Positions 18,776-29,229 are shown, counted from the first letter of the stretch. The stretch is DNA of 55,279 nt from Verrucomicrobia bacterium UBA1200 (GCA_002309765.1 DBXY01000062.1:13887-69165), one strand, 5' to 3'. A program made the numbers and translations. Notes: a model not told the origin generated them from the letters alone.

Positions 18776-19495
18776 ATGAGCTACAGAGACTATACAGAAA
18801 GTTGGACGGAGAACGTTAAGCGGAACAGAACCATTTCCGACGTTCCAGTTATTCGGGGCGGCATAAACCAGAAGCTTGAAAACTACGGAACGTTTCCGGA
18901 CGGGACGAATTATCTTTTTCTCACGACAACGAATGCGAGCAAGTACAACGCCTACCAGTTTTTCGTCGATTTCACGGAAAACTACGGGATGTACCTGAGA
19001 GCCAAGGACATAATCCTTTTGTGCGATGATTACAGACTGGAGCGGCGGCTCAGCAACATTATGTGCGGCTTGGCCTGCGCGTTCCCGTTCGGAAACAAGA
19101 TAGAGTTTTACTGCAACGAAGAGCCCTTCCCGTTTTGGAGAAACTACTACCACATCAGCAACTACGTCCTGTTCACGGAACTTTCCGGGTGGGACGGCGA
19201 GGAACAGCTTTTCCTGAACAAAATTTCCGGAAAGATTACCCCGGACATATTCGCGGAAAATCCCGGAAAAAGAGAGATTTTTCTAAATTCCGTGTTTTCG
19301 CAAATCTGTAAAATCCGCCCGTTTCTGGACAGGATTGTCCACACAGATCCCCCGTTTGAGGGCAGACCTTCCACGGCGAGAAAAATCTGGAGAATTTTGG
19401 AGGAACTGACGATCAAGCAGCAGCCTGCTGACAGTTACGAGAGTGAGAAGAAAAGCACCGTCAGCAGAATCACCGGGAGTAGATACCGCATATAG
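18776..19495 (+). CDS. Hypothetical protein; 3' end overlaps the convergent transporter gene by 61 nt
   Basis: 239-aa ORF, lower GC than core genes, no recognised motif. Confidence 0.6.
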   Translation: MSYRDYTESWTENVKRNRTISDVPVIRGGINQKLENYGTFPDGTNYLFLTTTNASKYNAYQFFVDFTENYGMYLRAKDIILLCDDYRLERRLSNIMCGLACAFPFGNKIEFYCNEEPFPFWRNYYHISNYVLFTELSGWDGEEQLFLNKISGKITPDIFAENPGKREIFLNSVFSQICKIRPFLDRIVHTDPPFEGRPSTARKIWRILEELTIKQQPADSYESEKKSTVSRITGSRYRI

Positions 19496-20787
19496 GGGCA
19501 GAGCCAATCGGGAAGCCGTATGCCGAGGCCGGCCGATGCCTCATCGCGAAACGCCCGCCATCCCCAACCCACCGGCCAGACCGAGAAGACGCAGGAGGCC
19601 AATGCGCCGAGCGGCAGCCAAAACTGGCTGAAAAGATAATCTTCGCAATCGAGAATCGTCTTTCCGCCGCCAAAGGGATGAATATCCTTCCAAACGTTGT
19701 AACCCAACACGCAAGGCAGGGAAAAAACCAGAACCGCAGCGCCGACGACAAGCGATGCCTGAATCCGGCTCCAGCCCAACTCGTCCATCAGCCCGCCAAT
19801 CAGACACTCGAACACCGCGATCATCGTTGTCAACGCCGCCAGCGACAAGAAGAGGAAGAAGATCGCTCCCCAGAAACGCCCGCCGGCCATATTCGCAAAA
19901 ACCTTTGGAAGGGCGATAAAAATCAACCCGGGGCCGGCCGAGACATCCACCCCGAAACTGGAACAGGCGGGAAAGATGATGACGCCCGCGAGCAACGCCA
20001 CGCAAGTATCGATGGCGATGATCCAGATGCTCTCGGTAACCATAGTGTGGCTGCGGTCGGTATAACTGCCGAAAATCGTCATACACCCCACTCCGGTTGA
20101 AAGGGTGAAGAACGCCTGCCCCATCGCGTCAAACACCGCCCGCAGGGGATGTTCCATAAACTTGCCCCAATCGGGCGCCAGATAAAACGACATCCCCTTC
20201 CAAGCGTTCGGAAGGGAGAGCGACTTGACCGCCAGAACGCCGATCAACATCAACAGCGAGATCATCATCCACTTGGTTGCGCGTTCCACGCCTTCCTGGA
20301 CACCGCCCATGCAAAGCGCCGTTGTGATCGCAACCGCCACCGCCATGAAGGTAATGCCCAACGGCGCAGACCCCAACAATGCGTTGAAAGCGGCTTCCGC
20401 CCCTTCCGCCGTCGGCATTCCCGCCGGCCGCATGTAATCGGTGTAATACTTCAGCAGCCAACCTGCGACATCGGAATAATAGAGCATCAACAGGAAGTTG
20501 CCGGCGAAAACCACCCTGCCCACGCTCCCCCAAAAACGCCGTGTCCCTTCCGGTGCCAGATGGCGCATCGCATTGGAGATGCCCATTTTGGCGCCCCGGC
20601 CGATAGTCAATTCCGCCATCAGCAGCGGAAACCCGAGCAAAGCGAGGAATACCAAATAAACGAGAACAAACGCCGCGCCACCGTTCTGCCCCACCACAAA
20701 CGGAAACCGCCAAACGTTTCCCAGCCCGACGGCGCAACCGGCCGCAAGCATCAGGAATCCCAGCCTTGAACTAAGTTTCGCTCTCAT
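19435..20787 (-). CDS. Sodium-dependent transporter, NSS/SNF family
   Basis: AVGLGNVWRFP, GGAAF, QAFFTLS, GPGLIFIALP. Confidence 0.95.
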   Translation of the reverse strand: MRAKLSSRLGFLMLAAGCAVGLGNVWRFPFVVGQNGGAAFVLVYLVFLALLGFPLLMAELTIGRGAKMGISNAMRHLAPEGTRRFWGSVGRVVFAGNFLLMLYYSDVAGWLLKYYTDYMRPAGMPTAEGAEAAFNALLGSAPLGITFMAVAVAITTALCMGGVQEGVERATKWMMISLLMLIGVLAVKSLSLPNAWKGMSFYLAPDWGKFMEHPLRAVFDAMGQAFFTLSTGVGCMTIFGSYTDRSHTMVTESIWIIAIDTCVALLAGVIIFPACSSFGVDVSAGPGLIFIALPKVFANMAGGRFWGAIFFLFLSLAALTTMIAVFECLIGGLMDELGWSRIQASLVVGAAVLVFSLPCVLGYNVWKDIHPFGGGKTILDCEDYLFSQFWLPLGALASCVFSVWPVGWGWRAFRDEASAGLGIRLPDWLCPYMRYLLPVILLTVLFFSLS

Positions 20788-20829
20788 GGCACCTCCACGC
20801 GGCTTGATTTCCGTTCAGGCCGCAACCGG

Positions 20830-23517
20830 TCAACGGTCTTTCCGCAACTCCAACCGCACCGCCGTGGCGTCGCAACTGTTTTCCTGCTCGGTGATCCCGG
20901 ACCCAACGACAATCTCCAGCCGGGAACCGGTCTTGAGCGGCTGCCGATCCAGTCGGAACGTTTGCAAGGTAATCGGCTTAGGTATGCCGCGCACCAGTTC
21001 CTTGCGGAACAGCGACTGGCCGTCCAACACCACCGACACGTCAACCCGGCCCGCACCCTGGTTCAAGGAACGGAATCGCGCGCTTATGCTGTATTCGCCA
21101 TCCTCCGGCACGGTGAACCGCAGTACCGCGCGACCGCCGCCGGGCGTGCCGCTCGGTTCGGGATGCATCATCAGCTCGCCGGGTTCCAGCCGGTTTTTAG
21201 CGCCGCCGGTCGCGCCGGGGATCAACACCGCCAAATCGCTGTCGTTCGCCACCACGTAACAATTGGGCATGGACGAGATTCCGCGCACCCGGCCGGCGGG
21301 ACAAAACCGTCCTTCACCCCAAATGCCGCCTTCCTCGGCCGGATCCTGACGGCGCAAGAAAACCCACCACGCGCCGTTTTCATCGCGGAACGGGTTGGTG
21401 CTGACACTGTCGAAGGCGGCTGCCACCGCATGGGCCGGACGGTAAACCACCGCGCCGGAATCGCTGTCGGACGCCGCCGCCGGAGAATAGAACACCAAAG
21501 CAAAGTCGCGGGCTTCCTTGAAATCCACCTTAAGCTTAGCTAGCTGCGCCCCCTTCATAATCGACGTTTCGGTTTGCTCGCCGCGGTAACGCTCCACCAG
21601 ATATTTCTCCGACGGGTCAAGCCCCTGGAGGGAGAACGCGAAGGAACGTTCCGCGCATTCCGGGCGGCTAAAAACAATCGCGAATCCTCCGTTCAAATCC
21701 GGCCGGTGCATCTGATACCCGCACATTTGGTTGAGCGCGAGCGTGGTGGGGCCGGTCTGGGGATAGAAGTCGCCCATAAACCCGGTACGCATCCGGGCGG
21801 CGGCGGCAAACACCCGCTTGAACCAACGGGTTTCCCGCTCGGAGAACTCGCGGCGGACGATGCCGCCGTTCCAATCGCTCGGAGTGAACACGCTGCCAGC
21901 GCTGACGGAACTGAAGAAACCGTAGTCGTCGAAAACCGCGCCGGGGGTGGTTTCGCTGCCTTGGAAGGGCTGGAAACAGATAGTGTTCATGGTAATGTTC
22001 TGCACATCCAGTATCTGGTCAATATCGCCGTGATGGCCAATGGCAAAATCGGTGCGGCAATAGGAGTGGCTGCGGGCTATAGTCTCGATGTCGATGCGCC
22101 GTCCGCCACTGGCACAGTTTTCGATCAGCAAATCGGGAAAACGTTTTTTGAGCGAGTCCCACAACAGGTACAGCCCCGCGATGTGTTTGGCCTCGGTAAC
22201 ACCGATACGATCCGGCGCGTCGTTAGCATTCCAAAGCGGCATCGGATCGAGGTTGAAATCCTGACGGTAAACGCTGATCCGATTCTCACGGATAATCTTG
22301 CTGAGCATCTCGAAAACATATTCGCGGCATTCGGGATTGCCGAGGTTTACCAACAGCGGACGGTCTTTTTTCCCGCCCTGCCAATCGACCGGCAACATCC
22401 ACTGCGGGTGGTTCTTCGCGAACGGCATATCGCCCATCGAGCGTTCCGGCTCAAACCAGAGCAGAAACTTCATTCCAGCAGCTGCTGCGGCATCGGAAAC
22501 CCGGCGCAGGTTGCCGTCGGGATGAATGTTCGGGTTGACCTTCCAGAATCCGGTGTACGGCCACCACAAACTGCCGCAGTTGGGATAAGGATCGGGATCG
22601 TGCGGCGGACCGTACCAACCGGCATCCACCCAAAAAGTGTTGAAGGGCATGCGGTTCTTGACCGACCAGTCGATAATGTCAAGCATCATCCCATCCGGCT
22701 TGTTTCCGCCGCCGGCGGTGATGGGCAACAGCGGCTCGATCAAATTCCCCTTGCCGTCGCGAGGCAGTTTCTCGTCAATCATAAACCGGTGCATCATGGT
22801 CTTGGCGGCGTTCACCGTGATGCCGTCGCGCCGCATCAGCAGGATTGACGGCTGGCGGAGCGTCTCGCCCGGCAACAGCTTGAAATGGGTGCGACGCATC
22901 CCGGCCCGCACCCGCAGCCCGACCTCGGTCGCCTCAAACCGCGCCGTCCATCCGCCGGTCCAACCCAACCCGATTTCAATGCCGTGCGTTTCGTCGAAAT
23001 CGATTCCGAAGAACGGCAGCCACGCCGAGGACGACCGCCCTTCGGCCACATCCAGCACAACTTTGCTCTTTTGCCCCACGCTGGTCCCCAAACGGTGGTT
23101 GAAGGGGGTGAAATCGTTGGCGGTGCACACGGTGCCGGAAAAAGTGCGCAACCCCGCCCCGCCCCAAACGGGGAATACCTGGTCGATGGTCTGGAAAGAA
23201 TCCACAACGCCGGTTTGGCCATAACCAATGTTGGCCAGCTCCGGGGTCACCTCCACCGCCGGGAAATTTTTGTAGAATTTCCAAGTGTCGCGCAACTCCA
23301 GTTTGCCGTCGGCGGAACGGAAGACCCGGCAGACCGTCTTGAAATGTTCGTTGTCCTCGCCCGGCAACAACTCTGCCGCGCTTTCGAAAGAAAACGGCTG
23401 GCCGTCGTAAGTGAACGAATGCAACCCTTTTTTCTGTAACTCCAGAAAGGTTGGAACTTTCGCGTTGGCCAGCCCAACGCACCACAACACGGTTAGAAAC
23501 GCAACGGTCTTTTTCAT
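20830..23517 (-). CDS. Alpha-galactosidase (GH36-like) with C-terminal beta-sandwich
   Basis: Signal peptide; FWVDAGWY, KFLLWFEPE, RQDFN, IENCASGGRRID. Confidence 0.85.
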   Translation of the reverse strand: MKKTVAFLTVLWCVGLANAKVPTFLELQKKGLHSFTYDGQPFSFESAAELLPGEDNEHFKTVCRVFRSADGKLELRDTWKFYKNFPAVEVTPELANIGYGQTGVVDSFQTIDQVFPVWGGAGLRTFSGTVCTANDFTPFNHRLGTSVGQKSKVVLDVAEGRSSSAWLPFFGIDFDETHGIEIGLGWTGGWTARFEATEVGLRVRAGMRRTHFKLLPGETLRQPSILLMRRDGITVNAAKTMMHRFMIDEKLPRDGKGNLIEPLLPITAGGGNKPDGMMLDIIDWSVKNRMPFNTFWVDAGWYGPPHDPDPYPNCGSLWWPYTGFWKVNPNIHPDGNLRRVSDAAAAAGMKFLLWFEPERSMGDMPFAKNHPQWMLPVDWQGGKKDRPLLVNLGNPECREYVFEMLSKIIRENRISVYRQDFNLDPMPLWNANDAPDRIGVTEAKHIAGLYLLWDSLKKRFPDLLIENCASGGRRIDIETIARSHSYCRTDFAIGHHGDIDQILDVQNITMNTICFQPFQGSETTPGAVFDDYGFFSSVSAGSVFTPSDWNGGIVRREFSERETRWFKRVFAAAARMRTGFMGDFYPQTGPTTLALNQMCGYQMHRPDLNGGFAIVFSRPECAERSFAFSLQGLDPSEKYLVERYRGEQTETSIMKGAQLAKLKVDFKEARDFALVFYSPAAASDSDSGAVVYRPAHAVAAAFDSVSTNPFRDENGAWWVFLRRQDPAEEGGIWGEGRFCPAGRVRGISSMPNCYVVANDSDLAVLIPGATGGAKNRLEPGELMMHPEPSGTPGGGRAVLRFTVPEDGEYSISARFRSLNQGAGRVDVSVVLDGQSLFRKELVRGIPKPITLQTFRLDRQPLKTGSRLEIVVGSGITEQENSCDATAVRLELRKDR

Positions 23518-23542
23518 CCTTTATCCTCCGGCTTTTTTGCGG

Positions 23543-25681
23543 TTATAACGCGTTGAATGTCACGGTATGGCTGCCGGACTCCACATTGTCCAGAACCCAG
23601 CGGTTTCCGACCAACTCCGGACGGATCTTTTTACCGTCTAACTTCAATGTGCCGCCATGCCACGCCGGAATTTCAACCCGCGCGGTGGTGTTGTACGGAA
23701 TTGTAAACGCCAGCTTATACGCGGCCTTGCTCTGCCGCACGCTGACCGTGACCCGCCCCCGTACGGTCGGGACAAAACCTTCGACCACGTTAAGCGAACC
23801 CAATTGCGGACGGATCAGAATCTTGCCGAAACCAGGGGTAAGCGGGCGCACGCCAACCACGAAACGGGGGATGATATTCGCCGGAACCGCGCCCCAGGCG
23901 TGGTTCCAATCCTGATTCGACTTGTACTGGTTGTCCCACGCCTCCATGGTGATGGTGGACCCCGCGTTGAGCATATTCATCCAGCTGCGTTTGTCGGACC
24001 GCGACATCAGCTCGATGGCGTAATCCTCCAAGCCGGCCTCAAACAACCCCTCCAACAGGTACTGCGCGGCATAAACGCTGCACGACATTCCCCGCCACCG
24101 GACGAACTCCGCCACGCGGGGAACCTCCTCCGGCGGCACCAGCCCAAACGCCAACGGCATTATGTTCGCGTGGATCGAAGCGTGCGCCGCGCCCTCGCCG
24201 TCAACGTAGCAACCGCGCTCGGCATTGTAAAAAGCGTACTGGAAGGCATCATAGGCGGCTGCCGCCAATTTCTTGAATTCGGCCGCGTCATCGGCTTTTC
24301 CCAACACTTGGGCGATATCCGCCATTTGCCGCAAGTTGTGGATGCGGAAAGCGTTGATCACGGTGTTGACATTTCTGAATTCAAACCCGTCGCGTTCGGC
24401 GACCGGCCAGTCCACAATGTCGCGGCTGCCATCTGACATCGCGGTGTCGGGTCCTTTGGTTTCCAGCAAACCGTCGGACTGCCGGGCGCAGAAAGACAGA
24501 AGTTTCTTCTGTTTCAATTCGTCGTACCAGCGTGACAAAGCCTCGGTGTTGCCGGTGTACATCCAATCCTGCCACGCTATCATGATGGAATGCTGTTTCC
24601 ACTCGGTCGGCCAAGTCGGATGCCTCATCAAATGGTCGAGCGTATAGCGTGCCAGCGTGTATTCACGGTCTAAACTGTAGTGGCAGAGCTGGTTGATATA
24701 GGCATCTGCCTCGTAGGGGATGCGCTCCCGATCGCCATCCACATACACTCCCGCAAAGGTGGTGGCGCGGATGCTGTATTTACAAAAACTGTAAACGCGG
24801 TTCAATGCGTCATTGTCGGAAACGAAATTCGCCGCTTTGTTGTCGAAAGGATAGGTTACCGCGATCTGGCGGATGGTTTGTTTGGTGATCGGGAAGGGAC
24901 ATTGCTCAACCTCGACATACCGGAAAGGCATAATTACGCCAATCTCCGGCGGCATCCGGACGGCCGCCCCGGAAGTGTTGCGCTTGTCCGCCATCAGCGG
25001 AACGCGATAAACGCCCTGGTCGGTCAACGCGCCACGAACTTTGGCGTAACGGATGGTCAACCCGGGTTTGGTGTCCACGTTGTTGCCGATGGCCTTCTCA
25101 CCAAGGTGCAGTACGTAATCGCCGCCGCGCCGCATATCACGGGGCGGAAGCAACTCCACCCATCCGAAAGCCGCGCGACCGAAATCAACGAACACCCGTC
25201 CCGCCGCGTTGGTGACGATCCGCGCCGGCTCTACGTGGCGCTGGGCCAGCGGATAGCGCAACGGGGTGTCGTCGCCCAGTTCCCCGGCGGTCTTAAAGGC
25301 GTAATTCAGCGACCACGGGCCCTCTTTGCCCTTGCGGTCCCAAACCTTGACGCGCCAGCAGATCTGGCGGTCGCCCGGCAACGGACCGCCCGCGTACGGC
25401 ACGAAGACCGATTTGGGGCTTTCCACCTTCCCGGAGTCCCACAGGTCGGGAGAATCGGTTTTAAACAGCGAAGTGTCGGTGGCCACCTGAATCCGGTAGG
25501 CGGTCTGGCAGTCGCCGTCGCGGCCGTCCTTGAAGCACCAGGAAAATTCCGGGGTACTGTCGGTTACCGCCACCAGTCCCGGTTTGGCCAGCAGTTCGCA
25601 CATCAGTTGGTCGGGCGTGAGCGCCTGCGCCATCAAGGCGCTAAAAACGCAAAGCGCGAATAAGATTCTCCCGTTTTTCAT
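23543..25681 (-). CDS. Alpha-L-rhamnosidase (GH78)
   Basis: N-terminal QTAYRIQVA..LWDSGKV; VDGDRER, YEAD, TMEAW, WNHAW; start MKNGR at 25681. Confidence 0.88.
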   Translation of the reverse strand: MKNGRILFALCVFSALMAQALTPDQLMCELLAKPGLVAVTDSTPEFSWCFKDGRDGDCQTAYRIQVATDTSLFKTDSPDLWDSGKVESPKSVFVPYAGGPLPGDRQICWRVKVWDRKGKEGPWSLNYAFKTAGELGDDTPLRYPLAQRHVEPARIVTNAAGRVFVDFGRAAFGWVELLPPRDMRRGGDYVLHLGEKAIGNNVDTKPGLTIRYAKVRGALTDQGVYRVPLMADKRNTSGAAVRMPPEIGVIMPFRYVEVEQCPFPITKQTIRQIAVTYPFDNKAANFVSDNDALNRVYSFCKYSIRATTFAGVYVDGDRERIPYEADAYINQLCHYSLDREYTLARYTLDHLMRHPTWPTEWKQHSIMIAWQDWMYTGNTEALSRWYDELKQKKLLSFCARQSDGLLETKGPDTAMSDGSRDIVDWPVAERDGFEFRNVNTVINAFRIHNLRQMADIAQVLGKADDAAEFKKLAAAAYDAFQYAFYNAERGCYVDGEGAAHASIHANIMPLAFGLVPPEEVPRVAEFVRWRGMSCSVYAAQYLLEGLFEAGLEDYAIELMSRSDKRSWMNMLNAGSTITMEAWDNQYKSNQDWNHAWGAVPANIIPRFVVGVRPLTPGFGKILIRPQLGSLNVVEGFVPTVRGRVTVSVRQSKAAYKLAFTIPYNTTARVEIPAWHGGTLKLDGKKIRPELVGNRWVLDNVESGSHTVTFNAL

Positions 25682-25695
25682 TTTGACTCCTTGGT

Positions 25696-26958
25696 TTACT
25701 GGTGTTCGCAAATGTCCAAAAGTTTGGCGAGCGGTTCCCCGAGCCGGGTTTCCAGCCACGGCTTAACCTGCCAAAAGTCCCTCAACTCAAGATACTCGCT
25801 TACCGCCGCGCCCAAACCCTTCTTGACGGTCGATTCTGCGCGAAGCAGAATGTTACGGGCGGTGGCGTCGCGGGAAACGAATTCCATCACCTGTACCCGG
25901 TACCCCATGATCCGCAGCAGTTGGGCGCGGAAAGTGTCGGTGAGCAAATCCGCCAGCCGTTCGCGCAGGATGCCGTGGCGCAGCACCCCCTGCATCGGGC
26001 TGTCGGTTTTTATCGCACGGTGTAGCTCGTGCTGGCAGCAGGACACGCAAAGCAGATAATGGCTTTTCCACTCCACCGCGCGGGCGATCGCGGCGTCGGT
26101 CGCGGTGTCGCAGGCGTGCAGGCTCACCACCAAATCCGGCTCGAACGGCAATTCGGCGGTATCGATGTCGCCTTCGATGAACACCGCACGCTCGCCGAGA
26201 TCCAGATCGGCGGCCATCCGGCGCGCGTCGGTGATGACATCGTGCCGCCGGTCGATTCCGCACACCCGCACCGTGAAATTGCGCACGTCGGTCAGGTACA
26301 TCAGTGCCGCCAAAGTCAGGTACGCCCGGCCGCAGCCGCAGTCCACAATGTTAACCTCCGGCGGCGAGTCCGCCGCTTCGCCGGAATCGCCGCCGCGGCG
26401 GCGGGCGGCGCGCGTCACGGGGTCGTCCGGCAACGTTTCGTCGATCACCCGCAGGAACGCGTTGACCTGATCGTACTTGCCGCGCATCGATGCCTTGATC
26501 TTACCGTCAGCATCTGAGATTCCCAACACGCGCAGCAGCGTCGCGGAGTGGAAAGCGTTCAACGGGACATTTTTGGCGCGGTCGTGCGCCGGGGCCTCGT
26601 CCAACTGCCGGGCCAGTTTCCCGCTGCGCGATTGCAGCACCTTGCCTTTTTTGGTGACGCGTACGTGAAGGTCGCCGGATGCGGTGATCAAGTGCAGTTC
26701 CCGCACCCCGTTTTGGGCGATCATCTCTTCCAGCCCGTTCTTGGCGGCGTCAAGGTCGAAGTTCTTGACCTTGGTGCGGCCTTCGTCGAACATTTCGCCC
26801 TGATACTTCTTCTCGCCGCGGATCTCCACCGGGCGCAAACTCACCCGAAAAACCTCGCCGCCGCGCCGCACCACCTGGGTTATCCTCATGAAACCCGGCT
26901 CGCCAAAAACCCGCCGCCGAATCTCGTCCGCCAATTCCACCGGAAGTTCCGCCTGCAT
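25696..26958 (-). CDS. SAM-dependent methyltransferase
   Basis: IVDCGCGRAYLT, SLHACDTATD, SCCQHE motifs. Confidence 0.88.
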   Translation of the reverse strand: MQAELPVELADEIRRRVFGEPGFMRITQVVRRGGEVFRVSLRPVEIRGEKKYQGEMFDEGRTKVKNFDLDAAKNGLEEMIAQNGVRELHLITASGDLHVRVTKKGKVLQSRSGKLARQLDEAPAHDRAKNVPLNAFHSATLLRVLGISDADGKIKASMRGKYDQVNAFLRVIDETLPDDPVTRAARRRGGDSGEAADSPPEVNIVDCGCGRAYLTLAALMYLTDVRNFTVRVCGIDRRHDVITDARRMAADLDLGERAVFIEGDIDTAELPFEPDLVVSLHACDTATDAAIARAVEWKSHYLLCVSCCQHELHRAIKTDSPMQGVLRHGILRERLADLLTDTFRAQLLRIMGYRVQVMEFVSRDATARNILLRAESTVKKGLGAAVSEYLELRDFWQVKPWLETRLGEPLAKLLDICEHQ

Positions 26959-26979
26959 AACGCTCCCTTAAAATAATCC

Positions 26980-28149
26980 TTACATCTCCAAAGCGGCCCG
27001 CAACCGCCGCACCCCTTCCGCAACAAAACGCCGTGGACAGGCGATGTTGAACCGGATGAACGACGCGTAATGTCCGCCGAAAAACTTGCCGCCCGAAAAA
27101 CAAACCCCCGCTTTGGCAAAGCGGTCCTCAAGCTCCGCCTCGGAAAAACCGTACGCCGCCAAGTCAATCCAGCATAGATATGTCGCCTCCAGCGGCGACA
27201 TGACCGCCCGCGGCAACTGTTCCGCCAGCAACCGGGCCAACTCGTCGCGGTTGCCCTGCAAATACTCCAGCAAACCGTCCAGCCACGCATCGCCGCAATT
27301 GTAGGCGGCGCGGGTGGCGACCAGCGCGAACAGGTTGCCGCAACGGACTCCGGTGGCGTTGATCTCATCGCGGATCGCCGCCCGCAGCTCCGGGTCGCGG
27401 CAAAAACATACCGCCTGATGCAGTCCGGCCAGATTGAAGGTTTTGCTGGCCGCGGCGAGCGACACCACCCGCGCTGAAGCCAGCGAAAGCATGGGGTGGA
27501 ATTCCGCGCCGCCGTAAACGAAATCAGCGTGAATCTCGTCGGAAATCAGGGTGGCGCCGTACCGGGCGACGGTTTCGTAAAGGCGCGACAGCTCCTCCCG
27601 CGACCAAAGGCGGCCCACCGGATTATGCGGGTTACAGAGCATCACCGCCTTGGCACCGTCCGCCAGCGCCGCCTCGATCGCGGGAAAATCCATCCGGTAG
27701 CGACCGTCTTCCGAGCGAACCAGCGGGCAGTCGACAATCCTGCGCTTGGTCGCGGTTACCGATGACATGAACGGCCCGTAAACCGGGGTCATCAAAACCA
27801 CCCCGTCGCCGGGGGTGGTCGAGGCGCGGATCGCCACCTTAAGCCCGGTGATTACGCAAGGCAACAAGGTGATTTCGTTTTGGGACAATTCCAGCCCGTG
27901 GCGCCGCCGCCAGAATCCGGAAACCGCCTCAAAATCGTCCTGCCGCGGGTCGGTGTAGCCGTAGGTGGGGTGCGCGGCGCGAACCAGCAGTTCCCGCGTA
28001 ACCTCCGGCGGCGACGGGAAATCCATGTCAGCCACCCAAAACGGCAAAGTGTCGGGCCGAACCGCCGACTCGCGCATCGTGTCCCATTTCTCGCACCTGG
28101 TAGCCACGCGGTTCAACCCCGCATCGAAGTATTCGTAATCGTAGCGCAT
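26980..28149 (-). CDS. MalY/PatB-family PLP-dependent C-S lyase
   Basis: WVADMDF, LCNPHNPVG, SDEIHAD, SKTFNLAG, TYLCWID. Confidence 0.93.
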   Translation of the reverse strand: MRYDYEYFDAGLNRVATRCEKWDTMRESAVRPDTLPFWVADMDFPSPPEVTRELLVRAAHPTYGYTDPRQDDFEAVSGFWRRRHGLELSQNEITLLPCVITGLKVAIRASTTPGDGVVLMTPVYGPFMSSVTATKRRIVDCPLVRSEDGRYRMDFPAIEAALADGAKAVMLCNPHNPVGRLWSREELSRLYETVARYGATLISDEIHADFVYGGAEFHPMLSLASARVVSLAAASKTFNLAGLHQAVCFCRDPELRAAIRDEINATGVRCGNLFALVATRAAYNCGDAWLDGLLEYLQGNRDELARLLAEQLPRAVMSPLEATYLCWIDLAAYGFSEAELEDRFAKAGVCFSGGKFFGGHYASFIRFNIACPRRFVAEGVRRLRAALEM

Positions 28150-28174
28150 TGCTCAAACTCCAAAAACGGGTTGA

Positions 28175-28203
28175 ATTATAATGTAAGCAACGCGCCAAAG
28201 CAA
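28175..28203 (-). promoter_or_regulatory. Sigma70-like promoter of the malY/patB gene
   Basis: Minus strand TTGCTT-N17-TATAAT. Confidence 0.65.
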
Positions 28204-28273
28204 ACCCAAAGTGGCGATTCTTTTCTTCGCGGCAAAATCGGTTGATACGGGATGCACGTACGTATTTTAAAAA

Positions 28274-28720
28274 CTAATCGTCAATGGAATAAATTCCTTT
28301 TTTGGTAACATACATAAGCTTGCCACCTTTGGGTCTGTTATCAATTATACGGATTAAACCATCTTTTGTTTTGGGAACAGCAGGATCGCCCCCAAATGGC
28401 TCTCCGTTAGATACAATGTTATATTGCTCTCCTTCAATGTTTATGTTACAAAAAGCATTCGTGGCCGTCGAGGTTACAAAAACATCTGTACCAGATGGCG
28501 TTATACCGGAAACCGGACCAGGCATAATTCCACTAAGAGTCCCACCATTACTAGTAATCACATTTCCTTGCGAATCACCGATATAGTATCTACCATATTT
28601 GTGACGAGCCATAACTCTCTTTTCATCCGAAAGAGGAGGATTAAAGGTTGGACCACCATCAATCGTTTCTCCCCCCATCGCTATTGCTTTGAGTTCGCCG
28701 TACCACCCTGTATGGAACAT
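28274..28720 (-). CDS. AT-rich hypothetical protein, possibly a fragment
   Basis: 148-aa ORF of much lower GC. An in-frame TAG lies two codons upstream; an alternative out-of-frame ATG with good RBS is at 28752. Confidence 0.5.
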   Translation of the reverse strand: MFHTGWYGELKAIAMGGETIDGGPTFNPPLSDEKRVMARHKYGRYYIGDSQGNVITSNGGTLSGIMPGPVSGITPSGTDVFVTSTATNAFCNINIEGEQYNIVSNGEPFGGDPAVPKTKDGLIRIIDNRPKGGKLMYVTKKGIYSIDD

Positions 28721-28784
28721 CCTTCTCTATGTCCAATCATCATTTGAAACATTCCTTTCACTCCTTATCCAGTGTTGTTCGGCA

Positions 28785-28813
28785 ACTATATCTTATCTCG
28801 TGCCACAAGTCAA
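28785..28813 (-). promoter_or_regulatory. Sigma70-like promoter
   Basis: Minus strand TTGACT-N17-TATAGT, upstream of the AT-rich ORF. Confidence 0.6.
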
Positions 28814-28903
28814 CCGCTTTTCGCAATTTCAAACCCTGTAGTTTGCAGAAGTAAACGCACCCGATATGGTGCAATAAGTTCCGCAACGGGCAATGGGTTA
28901 CGG

Positions 28904-29095
28904 TCGGCCGGCAACGGCTACGACTCGCGCTTCCACGGCCTCGGCTCGGACGGCACCTGCTGGTCCTCTACGCCGCATTCGGGCAATTCGGGCATCGCGT
29001 GGGGCCTCTACTTCAATTCGGGCTACATTAACCGGTTCATCGACTTCCGCTACCTCGGGCGGCCTGCTCGTCCCGTCCGGAACCCTGACAAATAG
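28904..29095 (+). pseudogene. Orphan DGR-type variable repeat (copy A); last 64 codons of the shared domain only
   Basis: Gap-free colinear with 32340-32531 and 33698-33889 (SAGNGYDS...WSSTP...AWGLYFNSG...RYLGRPARPVRNPDK*); upstream DNA shows no similarity to the full genes. Confidence 0.8.
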
Positions 29096-29229
29096 CGCGA
29101 ATAGCGCGGAAGGCCCACGGAGAGCAAAAGAGGCATTCATTGTGAACAATCAGAAACGCGAGGGACACGCGGACGCGACGGAGCGCGTCCCTCCCGGGGT
29201 GCGTGGGGGGGTCGCGCTCCGGCGCGACC
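29096..29229 (+). repeat. Conserved tail + REP doublet, copy 1
   Basis: CCCACGGAGAGCAAAAGAGGC.TTCATTGTGAACAATCAGAAACGCGAGGGA..., REP at 29171-29194, inverted partner ending at 29229. Confidence 0.9.

Noticed and set aside
28904-29095. Copy A as the DGR template repeat
   Set aside because: It has few AAC/AAT codons and often carries G, C or T where B and C differ, so differences are not confined to its adenines.
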